From: Takakia lepidozioides
Taxonomy: Eukaryota; Plantae; Bryophyta
Assembly: GCA_030704615.1 (NCBI GenBank)
Contig: CM060733.1
Coordinates: 49,600,001-49,664,000, forward strand
Reading direction: 5' to 3'
DNA: 64,000 nt
Part shown: in pieces, positions 63,501 through 64,000 of the stretch
Layout: each line of letters starts with the position of its first letter
Numbering within the stretch: the stretch's first letter is position 1
The notes under the pieces: generated by a model
The model's input: only the letters and a program-made list of their open reading frames with translations
Told to the model about the DNA's origin: nothing
Database searches by the model: none
Program-made: the position numbers and the translations under genes

Positions 63501-64000
63501 CAGAGTCCCTTTGTTGTGGGTTTCTGCAGGCAATCGGGCTGCTGTAGTCGCATTGTGGGCTCCAGTAATTCTGGTAACAATTTGATTGAGTCTTGTCACT
63601 TTCAAAGTCCCTTCAAAGTTCTAACTGGTGTTACAGCTGTCTATAAAAGGTGGAGGGTTTGTTGGCTCATGGAACTGATTCTACAGCGCTATACAATGTG
63701 AAGAGAACAGCTTATCAGTCTGTAGGTTGTGCTTACTGCAAACCAGAAGCAGTATGTATTCTTTGCTGTATTAACACAGATCAGTGTGAGGTGTCATAGA
63801 CAAGGATGCACTTGTCCTGTTTCAACATTTAACAGATGCAAATGGACACACCAAAGTTTTAATTGCTGCTGTTGTTTTGTCCAGATCTATTTTATGGATA
63901 CGCAGATTTGGTATTCTATTTGGTCTGCCCTTGTTGGAGCTTTAGTGGGTCTCTTTGAACATCTTGGAGAGGTCATTCTTTTCTATCTCTACACTTAGTT
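54573..64000 (+). CDS. Callose synthase (1,3-beta-glucan synthase), CalS11/CalS12 (GSL1/GSL5)-like clade, 5' part; 17 exons in window, continues beyond
   Basis: [25 protein letters not shown]|VRAA..DILDWL..FFGFQ|[17 protein letters not shown]; [20 protein letters not shown]; [12 protein letters not shown]; [20 protein letters not shown]; [14 protein letters not shown]; exons start about 54573, 55960, 56434, 57362, 57844, 58583, 58928, 59417, 59677, 60555, 61087, 61489, 62164, 62838, 63125, 63530, 63885. Confidence 0.95.
58110..58330 (+). mobile_element. Probable tRNA-derived SINE in callose synthase intron 5
   Basis: A-box TGGCCCAGTGG (58119-58129) and B-box GGTTCAAAGCC (58163-58173); no complete cloverleaf; 3' limit uncertain. 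Confidence 0.5.

Overview
Eukaryotic nuclear DNA from a land plant. The intron-rich CalS11/12-type callose synthase, the long regular PLS-DYW editing factor and the TE types suggest a bryophyte or other seed-free plant (inference). Intact-looking genes: GONST3/GGLT1-type GDP-sugar transporter, a U2 snRNA with USE/TATA promoter, a RAD6/UBC2-like E2, a CYSTM peptide, a PLS-E-DYW PPR gene and the 5' part (17 exons) of a callose synthase. Much of the rest is decayed DNA transposons, including a nest with readable ends: a hAT MITE contains a 16.4-kb MULE with a Ulp1-type accessory gene, which contains a solo LTR and a gene-capturing TIR element. Top candidate for an undescribed system: the PPR-DYW deaminase gene carries two spliced upstream exons encoding an OSB-type 'PDF' ssDNA-binding motif (LW.EFF.DPSQWWDNR..K / ..PDF.HK....LW). 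The same two-exon module recurs as a tandem array at 5.1-6.6 kb and next to PPR remnants captured inside a transposon at 41.6-43.7 kb. This points to a family of putative ssDNA-binding PPR-DYW editors whose modules are being duplicated and mobilised. All homology calls are from motif recognition, not database searches.
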